Assembly: GCF_009914755.1 (NCBI RefSeq)
Contig: NC_060928.1
DNA length: 64,000 bases
From: the human T2T-CHM13v2.0 reference genome, Homo sapiens
Reading direction: 5' to 3' (one strand)
Shown piece after piece: positions 50,261 through 64,000 of the stretch. Position numbers and translations under genes: made by a program. The stretch's first letter is position 1, and each line of letters opens with the position of its first letter. The notes beneath the pieces are model-generated. The model was not told where the DNA came from, ran no database searches, and worked only from the letters and a program-made list of their open reading frames with translations.

Positions 50261-53099
50261 TTTTTTTTTTTTTCTCTTATAGGCTTAACTTTGGGTCAGA
50301 GCATACAGATTTATAGTTAGAACTTTCTCAGTCCTCTCAGAGTCAAGGGCCATAATATATTTCTCCCTCTTTTTTCCTAAAGGGAGAAAGCTCCAAGTTT
50401 TGGGGTTTTATTAACTCTTACCGCTACAACTTCTCTTTGTGGCATCCGATTCTCTCAGAGTGCTGTGATACCAATATAAGCAGCTCATGAACTGAACTAA
50501 TTTGAGCTAAAATGTTACTGGTTGGTAATAGTTTAGGGAGCTGCCCTTTCTGATACCAGGTGCATTTTCACAGGAGTTTTGATGGGAGTGTCCAGGAAGG
50601 AGCTGTGTGGGAATTCAGACACTGTGGCGTAGCCAGTGGAAGTATTTTTAGCCCGGGGTTCTTTCATCAGCCCTCTAGTCACACCACTTAAACAGCTGCT
50701 TACTCTGTGTGTGTGTAAACAAGTTCTTCTCCCTTCTCCCCGAGGACCTAGATTTGAGACCCTTATTCAGTCCTTCACACATATAACATTGGTTGTGACC
50801 TTGCACTCTAATCTGAACACTCTTGAGATTTTCAAGTACATGCTGACAGGGATTTTGTGAGAATATGTAAGTATCTGCTTAATGGTAAGAAATGAACCTT
50901 TTAACAAGGAGCTCACCCAGTAGTGTACATTTGAACACAGTTGGTAGTACCTTCGTAGTGGAACAAAATTCACCTAATGAAATATTTTTTTGAAATGTTG
51001 GCTTGAAAACATTTAATTCAGTTGTAGTTACAGGACTGCTTTCCTGCCAAAATGAACAGCTCCTAAAACAGTCTGTCATCCTGAGATTTCTCCCCTGCTT
51101 TTTCTTCTTAGCCCTATCCAGCTTGTGTCATAATTAGTGAGTAGCTGAATGAATTGAATTTGCCTGAATTTATTATCAGTCTCAACTACAAAACTAAGAT
51201 TCTTGAAGCCTGGGAGTGCATAAGGTTCAGTGTATTATTCCTGTACCTCACACAGTGAGGCCCATCAAGACCCCCATTATGTACCTGTGGAAGGGAAGAG
51301 AGAAAGAATTTTCTAGGGTGCCAGACCTTGAATGTATGGAGCAGAAATTTTAATTCAGATGGTCTGATGCCAAAGTTCATGGTGTATCTTCCCCCTAGAA
51401 TCAGTTATTATTAAATGAACTAAAAAGCCATTGGCGTAAAAGTCACCCACAAAAAACATTTGTTTCTTTGGAGAACCTTACATAACTCAAGATTCCTGAG
51501 CAATTTGCCAGTTGAAGTAACCGGATTGCTTGCCTGTCTTCCCAGTGGGACTGTAAACTCTGGGAGGGCAGGGAGTGTGCTTTGTTCATTGTTTATTCCC
51601 AGGTCTATGCAGAGTGTTCCATGAATAAGTATTTTAAACTACATAATACTGTATGATTAAAACATGTTTTTCTCATAAAGATATGGTAATGATTTGCAAC
51701 AACAGAAGCCTTTTCTCTGAGGACTTGAAAGAGATCAGAACTTTGAAGGATACGAATTTATTCAAAGAGCAGTTAGTTGTACGTAGACTCAGATTGTAAA
51801 ATAAAAATAACGAAGTCAGAAGTGTAGATATATTTTCAGTTCTTACAGGTGTTCACAAAATCATGTAGACACTTTATACTAAAAACTTCATGAATTAGAA
51901 GACATGTAAATTTTAAACTGGTTAGAAAGGAGAACCAATTCATTCTCTACTGTTGGCGCTAACTTCAACCATATAACATATGTTGCTAAAATTAGAGTTT
52001 TCAGAAATATGGTATTCATAATAATTAGAATAATGGATTCTAAGAGAGATCATTAGAGTGCATAGTGTGCTTTAACTCTTACCAGCTGTGACAGGGCATG
52101 CCATTGCTGTTCCTTAGATTTTGCCTAGAAGCTTTAAAAGAATCTGTTTATAAACTGGAACCAGTACTTAAGTGTCACTGGATTAACACTTCAGAATTTC
52201 ATGTTTACACATATATTTCACAACTCTCTTTAATATGCTTTAAAGCTGGCTGAGACTTATTTATGTGTTACACAGCTATACTTGGTTCCATAATCTATAG
52301 CTACTTTCTTTTGAAATTAAATTTATTGCCACAGAAAATTGTGGTGAAAATAAAGCCAAAAGGTGTTGCAGCCTACTAATTGAAAACATGTATTTGGTAA
52401 CTAGTAAGCATTAGTAAGCACTTAAGGGGTAAGTTTTATTTAATTTCTTGAAGTTTAATACTAACAAAAAGTGTTTAATAATATTAGCGAAGTTTTCTCA
52501 GAAAATAATTTTTGCTAGAATTTAGCTAGAGCATATATAGATATGATATATGCATATATTCTATAAATATTTTTTAAAATTTTAATTTTTTTACTTAAAC
52601 TCTAATCTCAAAATTCATACAAAAGAGTTAGGTTTGGCTTAAGATAGTGTTGGAAATGGTTCCTGCCTCTAAGGATCTTAAACCAATCAATTAAGAGTTC
52701 AATAAAACAGCAGTACACATAAAACATTGAATTAAATTCGATAAAATATTTATTGAATACCTCCTATTTGTTAGGCATTGTATTAGGTACTGGAGATATG
52801 GGAGCGAATGAGATACAAGTGTTAAATTCGATGGATTTAATTATACATGTAATAAGGATAAGGCTTATAAATGCTTTCTTGTTGAAGTCTGGATGGTACT
52901 GTGTGCCAATAGCTAGTATTTAAAAAATTTGGCTTGATTTCAGTAAATTCATGTCTTGTGTGTCTATTCACCTCACAGGTAAGTGAAGTGAATCTTCCAA
53001 CTCCTCTTTCTCCCCGGTTAATGAAACACCCCTTTCTGTGTGCTGTGCATAGCTCTGTGGTAACACTCATTGACTTATTCTGTTTTGGTGATTGTTTAT

Positions 53100-53444
53100 A
53101 GTCTTAGTCTGTTTTGCTCTGCTATAACAGAATACCTGAGACTGGGAAATTTATAATGAAAAGATACTTATTTCTCACAGTTCTGGAGGCAGAGAGAAGT
53201 CTGAGATCAAAATGCTGGGATTTGGCAAGGGCCATCTTGCTGTGTCATCTCATGGTGGAAGGTGGATGGGCAAAGAGACAAAAGGGGGCCAGATAAGCTC
53301 TTCTGTAAAGGCATTAATCCCACCAATGAAGATGGAGCCTTTATGGCCCCATCACCTCCTAAAGGTCCCACCTCCCAACACCACCACAATGGCAACCAAA
53401 TTTCAACATGAATTTTGGAGGAGATAGACATTCAGACCATGACA
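53100..53444 (-). mobile_element. MST-family MaLR solo LTR
   Basis: gtcttagtctgttttgctctgctataacagaatacctgagactggg...aaatttcaacatgaattttggagg..cattcagaccatgaca. 5-bp TSD tttat at 53095-53099 and 53445-53449. Confidence 0.88.
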
Positions 53445-54854
53445 TTTATTATATCTGAGTTTTAACTTAGACCATGAGCCCCTAGAAGGCAGAGACCACT
53501 TGAATGTTTACAGTCCAGAGCTTCTCAACACATTGGACATATTTCGTGATGGTTGGGTAGATGGGTAAATTAATAAATTGAAAGGAAAGGGGGATATTGC
53601 AAAATAGAGAATAAAGAATGAGGAGCAAAATGGATAGGGTAGAAGAGGAAGAGAGGAGGAAATACAGGAGATGGATGGCCAACTCCCTTCTCCCTTCTCT
53701 TAAGATGAGACTTGATGTGCTCTCAAGTCCCTGGACTGGGTGCTCCCTATCAGTGATACTAGGGGGCTGTAATGGATGTGGCTTCAAGAGAGTCTCTAGC
53801 ATGGCTTATTCAAAGTCACTGCCATAGACTTAGCACCCAGATGACTACTTTGGGTGCATTCCAGGAATGCACTCTGACTTAGGCATCTGAGCGATCTGTT
53901 TGCCCCTACTTAGTCTCTGAAATAGCAAGGTTACCTCATATCTGCCAAGCCAATGGGAAGGATACAAAGGCTTTTTTGGGGTAATAGTGTTTTTCCACAC
54001 TGCATTGGTGACTTTTTTGTCAGCTAAGCTTTGAGTCATGATTGCATTTGAATGGGAAATGATATTCCTAAAATGTGTGCCTTAGATATTGTTATATTTT
54101 TGACTCCTGGTTAAAAAGTATTAATGTCAAAAAATAAATTTTTTCAAGTTAACTTTTGGTATCTATGCTTGGCAAACATTTCCACAGGCAGCCACTGTAT
54201 CCTACACTATAAGCTTTCCTGTTAACCAGAAACTCTTTTAATTGCTTAGTTGAAATATATTGAAATCATTTGTTAATGAGCTTGAGGTGCTCTTTCTCAC
54301 TTCATATTCTAAATTAACCTCACCAAAGAGTGACAGAAGGTGTAAAAGAGTTCTGAGATAAAACTGCTTTCCAAAATTTTGGTTAAAGCTAGAATGGAAG
54401 TGGGCAGAGAAGGGCTCCTTTGCTTTTGAGGGGTCAGTGGGAGAATGGATGTGGTAGAAAGTTAGCTTGGTTCACTACCATGCTTCTCTCCTGGTGGGCT
54501 GCCACATTTCTGTGGGTGGATATGTATGAGTTATGAGAAAAGGCTGGGGGCAAAGCTGGTGTTCGGATCTATGTTTTGGGGAGCTGTGCCCTCATTTTGG
54601 AGGAGCCAGTGTCTGGAAAGTGATTCTGAGAGACAACTAGCAGAGGAGAAGGAATTAATGGTCACAGTTTATGAAGAAAAAGAACCAGGATTGCATACTA
54701 AGCCCTCTACTGCACACACAGCCTAACCTCTCTATAAGGCAAAGATGTAACCATACATATATTTACCAGGGCTGTTTTCTGACTGAGATATGGAATAGAG
54801 AAAAGGTTAGATATGCCTGTCTGAGCAGCCTACAGATTGAAGAATAGTTTTTAG

Positions 54855-55184
<330 letters not shown>

Positions 55185-56336
55185 TAAAGCCTTATTTGGT
55201 GTTTAAATTTCTTTCAGAATTATAATGAAGTAAAATGAAATGTTTTATTGATCTAATTCAAGCATTTAAAGATACTAACATTTTTGTCTGAGTTTTGATG
55301 CACGAATTTACCACTTAATTCTAATTAGCCTGATCATTGCCAGCACTTTCCCATGCATCCATTCAGGAGGAAGCTAAGGAAACCTTCCCCACCGTAACTT
55401 TTTCCTTCTCCATGAATTCACCTGTTAATCAGATGCTTCTTTGTGCTGGTACACAGTTCTGTGGTAGCACTTATTATATGGTTCTTGTCTCTTCAGTGTC
55501 TCATTTATTTACTGCACTGTGAGCATGTGAACAGAGCAAGTATCTTAATCACTTATGGAGCTTCCAAACTTGAACCACTTCATGGTTTAGCCCCAAATGC
55601 AGACACTAAGGTAGTGTATCCTTATGCTATTTGAACTGATCTGTTTTTAAACATTCTGGTTATTTTCTAAAAAGCTCATTTGAATAAAGAAATTATAAAA
55701 TGAGAACTCATTTTTACTGTCTATATGACATTTAGATAATTAATTTTGTCTGAGAGAATGAAAACATTTACTTGTGAAATAAGGCAAATAAGAATTTTAT
55801 TTAAAAGATTTGATTCACACAGAAAAATTTCTGTTTAATTGATCTTGGGGAAAAATGGGGAAAATTTGGTATGCTTTTGAGTAAAAACGTTTTTATATTG
55901 GGTAAATTTTTATTTTATAAAATAAAAATGTAATGAAAGTTATATATAGTGTTCAAATTATTGTCTAGTTTCTGTGTTTTACAAAATTGTAGTTACTGAA
56001 ATTTGTAACATGGACTCCTTGATCAGTTAACTAATTTAAATGGACATTTTGTTACATTGGTGCATTAGGTAGAACAATGTTGGATGCAAACAGAAAATTT
56101 CAATACAAGCTTACTTGAAAAAGAAGGACGTTTAGAATCTCTTTTAAGTGGATGTTCATGTAGTTTTGATGCCAGAGGTGATTGATACAGACTAGAAGCT
56201 CAATAATGTCATTCCAGACTCATGTTAAGTGTTCTTTTTGTGGATGGGAGTTCATCGCTAGTCTCTGACATTCTGTGGTGGCCCCATCCTCTGGCTGTTA
56301 GCAGCAGATACCACTTTCAGCTATAAGAATAGTACT

Positions 56337-56650
56337 ACTGGGTGTGGTAGCTCATGCCTGTAATCCCAGCTACTCAGGAGGCTGAGGCAGGAGGATCTAT
56401 TGAGCCCAGGAGTTTGAGACCAGCCTGGGCAAGAAAGTGAGAGGTCATCTTTACGAAAAATTTTTAAAAATTAGCTGAGCAGTGTGGCATATACCTGTAG
56501 TCCCAGCTACTCAGGAGGCAGAGGTGAGAGGATCCCTTGAGCCCAGGAATTCAAGGCTGCAGTGAGCTATTATCATGCCACTGCACTGCAGTCTGGGTGA
56601 TAGAGTGAGACCCTGTCTCAAAAGTAAAAACAAAACAAAACAAAACAAAA
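56337..56650 (+). mobile_element. AluJ with (AAAAC)n tail
   Basis: ttgagcccaggagtttgagaccagcctgggc and aaggctgcagtgagctat diagnostics, with aatagtac on both flanks. Confidence 0.95.
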
Positions 56651-58428
56651 TAGTACCATCTTTTTTTTTAAGATGGGAAAAAACCTTTCCCAGAAATCTT
56701 GTGGCAGACTTGCCTTCTCATTGGCAAGAATTGGGACCCTTTGATTTTCCTAAACCACCATTGACAAAATACATGGGTGACAGTGCCTGGTTGCAATAGT
56801 TCTGGGGAGTAAAACAGAGTACTATTGTAATGGGTAAATCCAGACTGCCTTTATACAAATATCAAAATGCTTTGCAGAATGTGGAAAGAAAATGGATTGC
56901 ATTGCAGTCTATTTTTCTGAATGGAAATAGTTTTATTAATATAAGAAAATAAAAACAAATTTTATAAGTACACATTACATTTGTAGAGAATTAAAAATAC
57001 CACAACAAAGGATATTTTTTCTGTTTTTCTAAACTTTGGAGCCAGGCATATGGTAACATTTCTTTTTTATTTTAGGCTTTTGCATTACAGATATTACTTT
57101 TTCCCCAGTGCCATTGGTTATTGGAACAGGATCTAAAGGTTTATTTTTATTTGTGGAAAAAAAAATTTTAAAATCATTTCCTCAAAAATATTAATTCATA
57201 TTTTTATTTGTTTATTTGATAAGGGCCAGTCAATAGATAAATTGACAGAATGGTACTTAATGTAGAATTAGATTTTCAAAGATAATGTGAAGCATAAGTG
57301 AAACATTAGTTCTTAAATAGGGACTGCCTAGAGATCTTACTTGAGCCTTCGGCTGTGGTCTTTCGGTAGAGTTGATAACTGGTGAAGAATATTAAGGTTC
57401 AGAAAAGGTCTCGGGGATATTGCAGATGTTATTTCTCTGTCAAATGTAGTCATTTGCACACCTGCAGCACTGGGGTCTTCTTTCACCATGTTTTAAAGCT
57501 CACTCGGGCTGGACTGCTTCCAGGTTCACTTCCTGCTCCCTTTGTTCTCTTTTGCACTGTGCTTTTCTGCTGTGTCCCTGCTCTCACTTGTTTAAGTCAT
57601 TTTCAGAGGAGAATTTGTTCTTGCAGATTTTAGATTTTCTTATAAAAAATGTGGAATCGTTGAAATTCCTTTTACAAGACTTTTTTTTTTATTCAATTAC
57701 TTTACCATTTTTAAGGTAGGGAGAATCTCAGGAATACCAAGCAAAGAGGAACATCTGGAATGTTCTATACATTAATAAAAATGGAAACATGCATAATTGC
57801 TACCCTGCTAAAGTCCCTGTTATTAGTAATTTAGGAAACATTTTATTCTGCTTACCCAAAAGGAAAGGTAAATATATGCTTATAATATTAAATTGTTGAA
57901 ACTGAAATCAATAGTTTTATATTAGTCGTATCGATTTCAGTGAAAAACCCTACCTTTCCAAGAGAAACAGTTTTGCCAATAAAATGTAGGAATTAAAATA
58001 TAGTAACTTTGCCAAACAGATGTAAATTCTTTAATTAAAATAATTTATTTGAGTAAAACTTGCAGCATAATACTACTTTCAAATGATATAATTACAAAAA
58101 TAAGCCAAAAATACTGAATTCTAAAAAATCTGTAGGTTTTTAAGGAAGTAATTTTCCTAATATGAAATATAATCTAATTTGGCTCATTAGGGGAATACTG
58201 TTTCCAAAATGGCATTTTATGTAATAAGCGTTCCCTTTTCCTCATTCCTCATCCCCCTCTGTGTCTCTCTGGTTGAGTTAGTTGAGGCTTCAATAGCAAA
58301 AGCACTTCCTTTTGCAAGTTTAGAGTTTTAAGCAGTAGTTCCTCTGTCTTTGACTTGAGACAGTATGATTATGTTATATAAAGTTCGTAATGCCTTTTGA
58401 AAATCTCTTTAATAAATAACCCTTTGAA

Positions 58429-58553
58429 AATAAAGTGTATATATACTTTGTTTATAAAAAGTGTATATAAACTTTATTTCTGTTTCTCAAATATGTTTCT
58501 CAAATATATGTATATAAAGTGTATATAAACTTTATATATTTCTCAAATATATT
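58429..58553. repeat. AT-rich micro-duplication cluster
   Basis: aaagtgtatata(a/t)acttt occurs three times and tttctcaaatat three times. Confidence 0.8.
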
Positions 58554-59802
58554 ATTTATGGTTTTGTGCTGTTTGCACATTACTGCCTCTTGATACAGGT
58601 TCAACAAATAAGTATGGAATATCTCTAGTTTGGCAGACACTGAGTTAGGCATGTGAGCAGACAAAAATGTCTTTCCTTAGAGAGCTTACTTTAAAAAATT
58701 CTATTAAATATTCACTGATGCCTTTGTTCAGCATTTTTCCCTTCTTTTTCTTCTCCTAATGATTCATTCTTGCTGTTTTTGTGGCAGCCAGCAGTGCCTA
58801 GCTTCCCATGTAGCAGTATTTGAAAGTATCTGTCTATCCTATGATGTGAAAGATTTTAAATATTTATTTATTTTCACATGCAGTTTTTGTGATTAAAAGG
58901 GAGGAGAAAGAGAAAAGTTGTCAGATAAAATCAACGGGATGAGTATAAAAGTTTTCATCGAAGCAGCACAGTGTCATGGAGAGATGACTGGAATGTGAGT
59001 CAAAAGACATGTCATCACCTAGTTCCATAATTGGTGACTCACTTGCTTTTCCTTTTCTCAGTTAACCAACTCATGCTAACACAGAGAGAAAAATGCCTGC
59101 CATATCAGTTTCACACAAGGTGTTTGTAAACAGCAGATAAGGTCACGTGTGAGAAAATGTTTTCACTTGAATATACGTAAAGTGTTTCATTCCATTGCCT
59201 TACACATTTTATTCGTAAATGTGAACAAATAAAGGTGAATTTGTGGCTTTCATTAATTCAAATTTAAAATAGTGTTAAATTATACCTAGTTTCTAATTAA
59301 TAGGATTAATAACTAAAACATTGTGTGATCTTGATATTTACCTCACACCCAGAACTATAAAAAGTAGCATTGCAAGAAATGAGATACATGATTGAGTGAA
59401 CAGTGCCTGATCTGAAGTTGAGATGCTTTTATTTTATTTGGACAGGAATCATACATGGTAATAATTTGGGTTATTTCCAATAACAGAATTTTTTCTGCTG
59501 AAATATATTTTAAAGAAAACACTTTTAAAGAGTCCAATGTAGATTTTTCCACAGTGTATTCTACAGAGCATATTAAGATGTTAATTACCGCTCTTTGATT
59601 ACAGGATTCCAGGGTCAAATAATTTTGTTTGATAAACAGTATAAAACATATTAATTTACTGCAGAACTTTCAGGGCTTCCAGTATGTGAATGTGTATACT
59701 GAAATGTTAAGAGGGCATATAGAATATGCAGCATTTTCCAGAATTATTTGAGAATGGATATTTTTTTTCCCTTAGAGAACATCTATTAACAAGCACCCTT
59801 GG

Positions 59803-59955
59803 ACTCTCATCCTCAAAGTGAGGTCCCAGCACTATGAGCATCACCATCAATCTGGACCCCACCCCAAACCTATTGAATTAGATCTGATGGTAGGGCCTAG
59901 ATGTCTGTGTTTTAACAAGCCTTCCAGATGATTCTGATACATGTGAGAACCACTG
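59803..59955. mobile_element. MER5A-type MITE
   Basis: ctcaaagtgaggtccc..gaccccaccccaaacctattgaattag..tctgtgttttaacaagccttccagatgattctgatac..tgagaaccactg. Confidence 0.75.
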
Positions 59956-60434
59956 CACTAGGGTTTCCTGGAACATAGTTTAAAAAATAAAGAGCTAATC
60001 ATTTAAAAATATGTATGCTTTTAAAAGAAGGCCCTTCTATTCTGAGTAGTGATATTTAGGTGTCAAGTTTTTATGCTTAGGGTGTGTGTGTGAGAGAAGT
60101 CATTAAAAAAAAAAAAAGATAATGCATTCTTGCCAAGTAGAAAATAGGTGTGGTATAATGAAAAAGGTGTTGAAAGTTTATGATTCATGATTTAGTAAAA
60201 GTAGAGCTGGATTAACTGTAGATTAAATATCTGACCTCACATACCACACCCTGACTGTACCTTAAGTTTATGCTTCTGTGAGTTAAAGAAGTGCAAGTAG
60301 AATTCCTGAGGAATTTAGTTTTCACAGGGAGGCGTGCTTTTATCCTTTTCTTTAAGCTTTCTCTCTCAATTTATTCCAATAGGGCATAATTTCTTTATGA
60401 TGTTGCTCTTAGGAAATTCTTTCAACAATGATTT

Positions 60435-60679
60435 TATTTTCCTTTTTTTTTTTTTTTTGGGACACTGCAGCTTCGACCTCCTGAGCTAACAGATCCTCCC
60501 ACCTCAGCCTCCTGAGTAGCTGGGATTACAGGCACACGCCACTATGCCTGGATGATTTTTGTAGAAACAGGGTTTTGCTACATTGCCCTGACTGGTCTTG
60601 AACTCCTGGGCTCAAGCGATCTTGTCACCTCAGCCTCCCAAGGTGCCAGGATTATAGGCATGAGCCATGGCACCTGGCC
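60435..60679 (-). mobile_element. AluJ with internal deletions, inserted at an L2 3' end
   Basis: Poly-T joins almost directly to cactgcagcttcgacctcc. TSD ttcaacaatgattt / ttcaacagttattt, with L2-like gcactgtgctaggtgctgg downstream. Confidence 0.92.
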
Positions 60680-61798
60680 TTCAACAGTTATTTATTGGGT
60701 CCTTAGTAGGGGCTTCATGGGCACTGTGCTAGGTGCTGGATGCACACCGGTAGATAAAAGGAGCACAGTGCTGATCCTCACAGAATTAAGAGTGCATAGA
60801 AATGGAGAGGAAAGGAAACAGCCTTTCCTAAAGAATGAAGTGCTCTAGTAAGGAAGTCCAAGGTGCTAAGGGAAAAGGAGGGATGATACCTGTTATAATC
60901 CCCAAGGTCAGGATTATGTGACATGAGAGATGTAGTTTATTATATTTTACAGTGATTGGCTTGAAAAATAGTGCAGAAGATTTGTAACGCATTTCTAAAT
61001 TTGGGAAGGATAAACAGTAGCTTGGAAGCTTCTCTTTGAGCAGTAGGCAGTTTTATTTAGATAAAATTCAGTGCATCTATCTTTTGTAGGAAGAGTTTGA
61101 GAAAAAATAATTATTCTGAATTTAAAAATATTAGAAATGAGACTTATTATGTAAGTATATGACATGGAGTTTTCATGATAGTTATCAGCTAGTTCTGATA
61201 AGTAATATATTTAGGTCATCATAGAAAGTATGTTTATATTAAATAACTCTTGCATATGTTTGTTACAGTAAATTTTCTTAGAGATAAATAATAAACTATT
61301 TTTTGGACAGCTTCAAAAGGGAAAATTCAAAATTTAGAAAAAACATTAGAAATGTTAATATGGGATATTTTTGACTTAAGACATTCAGAAAAGTTAATGT
61401 TTTAACACGATATGTGATTATAGAATTCTATTCATATATGTGTTCACATTTATACACTTTGCTATACTTTGTATTTATAAATATAATTCTGTTAGATAAA
61501 TAAGTGATTCATATTTTGTCAAAACTATTTTAAAATTTCAATATTTAAAATATTTTTGAATCACTGGTTTTCGTTAAGTGGCATCATAGATGAGATTTGA
61601 TTCCATGTAGCATATAATTTTAGATTGTTCCTCTCTCACCCCTTTTAAACTCCTTCAAGCATTGCTATTACTGGGGTTGCCTTTGGGAAAACTTACTTCT
61701 AGATACTACCATATATCTGAAATAGTAGAGGTGGATGTTAATAAAATTCATAAAATAATCATGTATTACTTTTTTTGATTTACCACTGGAAGGAAATA

Positions 61799-63473
61799 CA
61801 GTCATGTGCAATATAATGACGTTTTGGTCATTGAGACCCACATGTGTGACAGTGGTCCCATAAGGATGTTGCTGAAAAATTCCTGTTGCTGCCTAGTGAC
61901 ACTGTAGCCATCGTAACGCCATAGCACGACACGTTACTCACCTGTTCATGGTGATGCTGGTGTAAACAAACCTGTGCTGCCAATCATACAAAAGTATAGC
62001 ACAATGACAATTATGTACAGTTTATCATAATTCTTGATAATAAATGACTATGTTACAGGTTTATGTATTGATTCCACTTTTTGTCATTATTTTGGAATGT
62101 ACTCCTACTAATTATAAAAAAGAAAAGGTTAACTGTAAAAAAGCCTCAGGCAGGTCCTTTAGGAGGCATTCCAGAAGAAGACATTGTTACCATAGGAGAT
62201 GACAGCTCTATGTGTGTTATTGCCCCTGAAGACCTTCTAGTGGGACAGGATATGGAGGGGAAAGACAGTGACATTGGTGATCCTGACCCTGTGTAGGCCT
62301 AGGCTAATGTGTGTGTGTCCTCGTTTTTAACAAGAAAGTTTAAAAAGTAAAAAAAAAAAAAAAAAACGTAGAAGAAAGCTTATAGAATAAGGATATAATG
62401 AAAAAATATTTTTGTATAGCTGTACAATGTGTTTGTGTTTTAAGCTAAATGTTCCTGCAAAAGTGTCAGAAAGTTACAAAATTATGAAGTAAAAAAGTTA
62501 TAGTGAGCTAAGGTTAATTATTAAAGAAAAATATTTATAACATAGATTAGTTAAACCTAAGTATACAATGTTTATAAAGTCTGCATTAGTGTACAGTAAT
62601 GTCGTAGGATTCCTCATTCATGTACCACTCACCCAGAGAAACTTTCAGTCCTGTAAGCTCCATTCATGGTAAGTGCCCTGTACAAGTGTACCATTTTTTA
62701 TGGTACAGTTTTGCCTTTATATTTATTTTTACTGTACCTTTTGTATGTTTAGATATGTTAAAATACACAAATACCATTATGTTATAGTTGCCTACAGCAG
62801 GGATCCCCAGCCCCCAGTCTGGGGCCTGTAAGGAACGGGACCACACAGCAGGAGATGAACAGCAGGGAAGCTAGCTAAGCTTCACCTGTATTTATAGCCA
62901 CTTCCCATCACTCACATTACTGCCTGAGCTCTGTCTCCTGTCAGATAAGCTGTGGCAATTGATTCTCATAGGATTGCGAACCCTACTGTGAACAGCACAT
63001 ATGAGGGATCTGGGTTGTGAGCTTCTTATGAGAATATACTACCTGATAATCTGTCACTGTCTCCCATCACTCCCAGGTGGGATTGTCTAGTTGCAGGAAA
63101 ACAAGCTCAGGGCTCCCACTGATTCTACATCATGGTGAGTTGTATAATTATTTCATTATGTATTACAATGTAATATTAATAATAATAAAGTGCACAATAA
63201 ATGTAATACACTTGAATCATCCCCAAACCATCCCCCTACACTCCCACCCTGGTCTATGGGAAAACTGTCTTCCATGAAACTGGTCCCTAGTGCCAAAAAG
63301 GTTGAGAACCGCTGGCCTACAGTATTTAGTACAGAGAAATGGTGTACAGGTTTGTAGCCTGGGAGCAATAGGCTATACCATTTAAGTTTGTGTAAGTACA
63401 CTCTATGGTGTTCATGTAAGGAAATAATGACATTTCTCAGAACCTATTTCTGCCATTAAGTGATGTATTACTG
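61799..63473 (+). mobile_element. Tigger3b (Golem-derived) DNA transposon, complete, split by MER1A
   Basis: TA-cagtcatgtgcaatataatgacgttttggtca start and cattaagtgatgtattactg end. Internal aaaagcctcaggcaggtcctttaggaggcattccagaagaag signature. Confidence 0.9.
62798..63314. mobile_element. MER1A hAT-Charlie element nested in Tigger3b
   Basis: cagggatccccagccc...gaaactggtccctagtgccaaaaaggttgagaaccgctg. Perfect 8-bp TSD gcctacag at 62790-62797 and 63315-63322. Confidence 0.92.
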
Positions 63474-63614
63474 TTTATTATTTACTCCTGACACTATTAT
63501 TACTGAAGTTAACTAGAGTCCCCAGTGGTTAATAGAGGAAAGTTTATTTGTACCATGGGGCAGCTGATTTTACATGTTTGATCAGATTGGTCTCATGTAG
63601 AAAGGTAGTGTAGC

Positions 63615-63948
<334 letters not shown>

Positions 63949-64000
63949 CTAAAGTCACGCTGCATGGGTCAAAGAAATCCCAACTCTGCACTTGAGCAGG

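Noticed and set aside
56060-56790. Possible very old MLT1 LTR around the AluJ
   Set aside because: Only faint resemblance, so family and boundaries cannot be supported by eye.

Overview
This is 64 kb of AT-rich, CpG-poor primate (most likely human) non-coding DNA. I can support no host protein-coding exon, RNA gene, CpG island or CRISPR-type feature. Apart from the relic peptides below, the supplied ORFs are Alu/L1/LTR-derived or chance ORFs. The window is dominated by transposon fossils: about 26 Alu/FLAM copies, one young 5'-truncated L1PA2/3-like LINE-1 whose ORF2 frame is broken only by one nonsense codon, old L1M/L2/MIR pieces and a very old CR1/L3 LINE. It also holds a degraded two-LTR ERVL (LTR16/ERV3-16A3-like) provirus with nested insertions, MaLR solo LTRs, and DNA transposons (HSMAR1 fragment, Tigger2a, Tigger3b with nested MER1A, MER53, MER5). 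Antisense bias of L1/Alu and a T-rich + strand suggest a long intron of a + strand gene (inference). The most unusual structure is a 182-bp composite insertion at 32380-32561. It consists of an inverted copy of 33134-33259 joined to a direct copy of 35609-35664, which looks like a fossil two-step templated insertion and leaves a non-Alu inverted repeat. I found no evidence of a novel multi-gene system. Repeat subfamily names come from recalled consensus sequences and need confirmation with RepeatMasker/Dfam.
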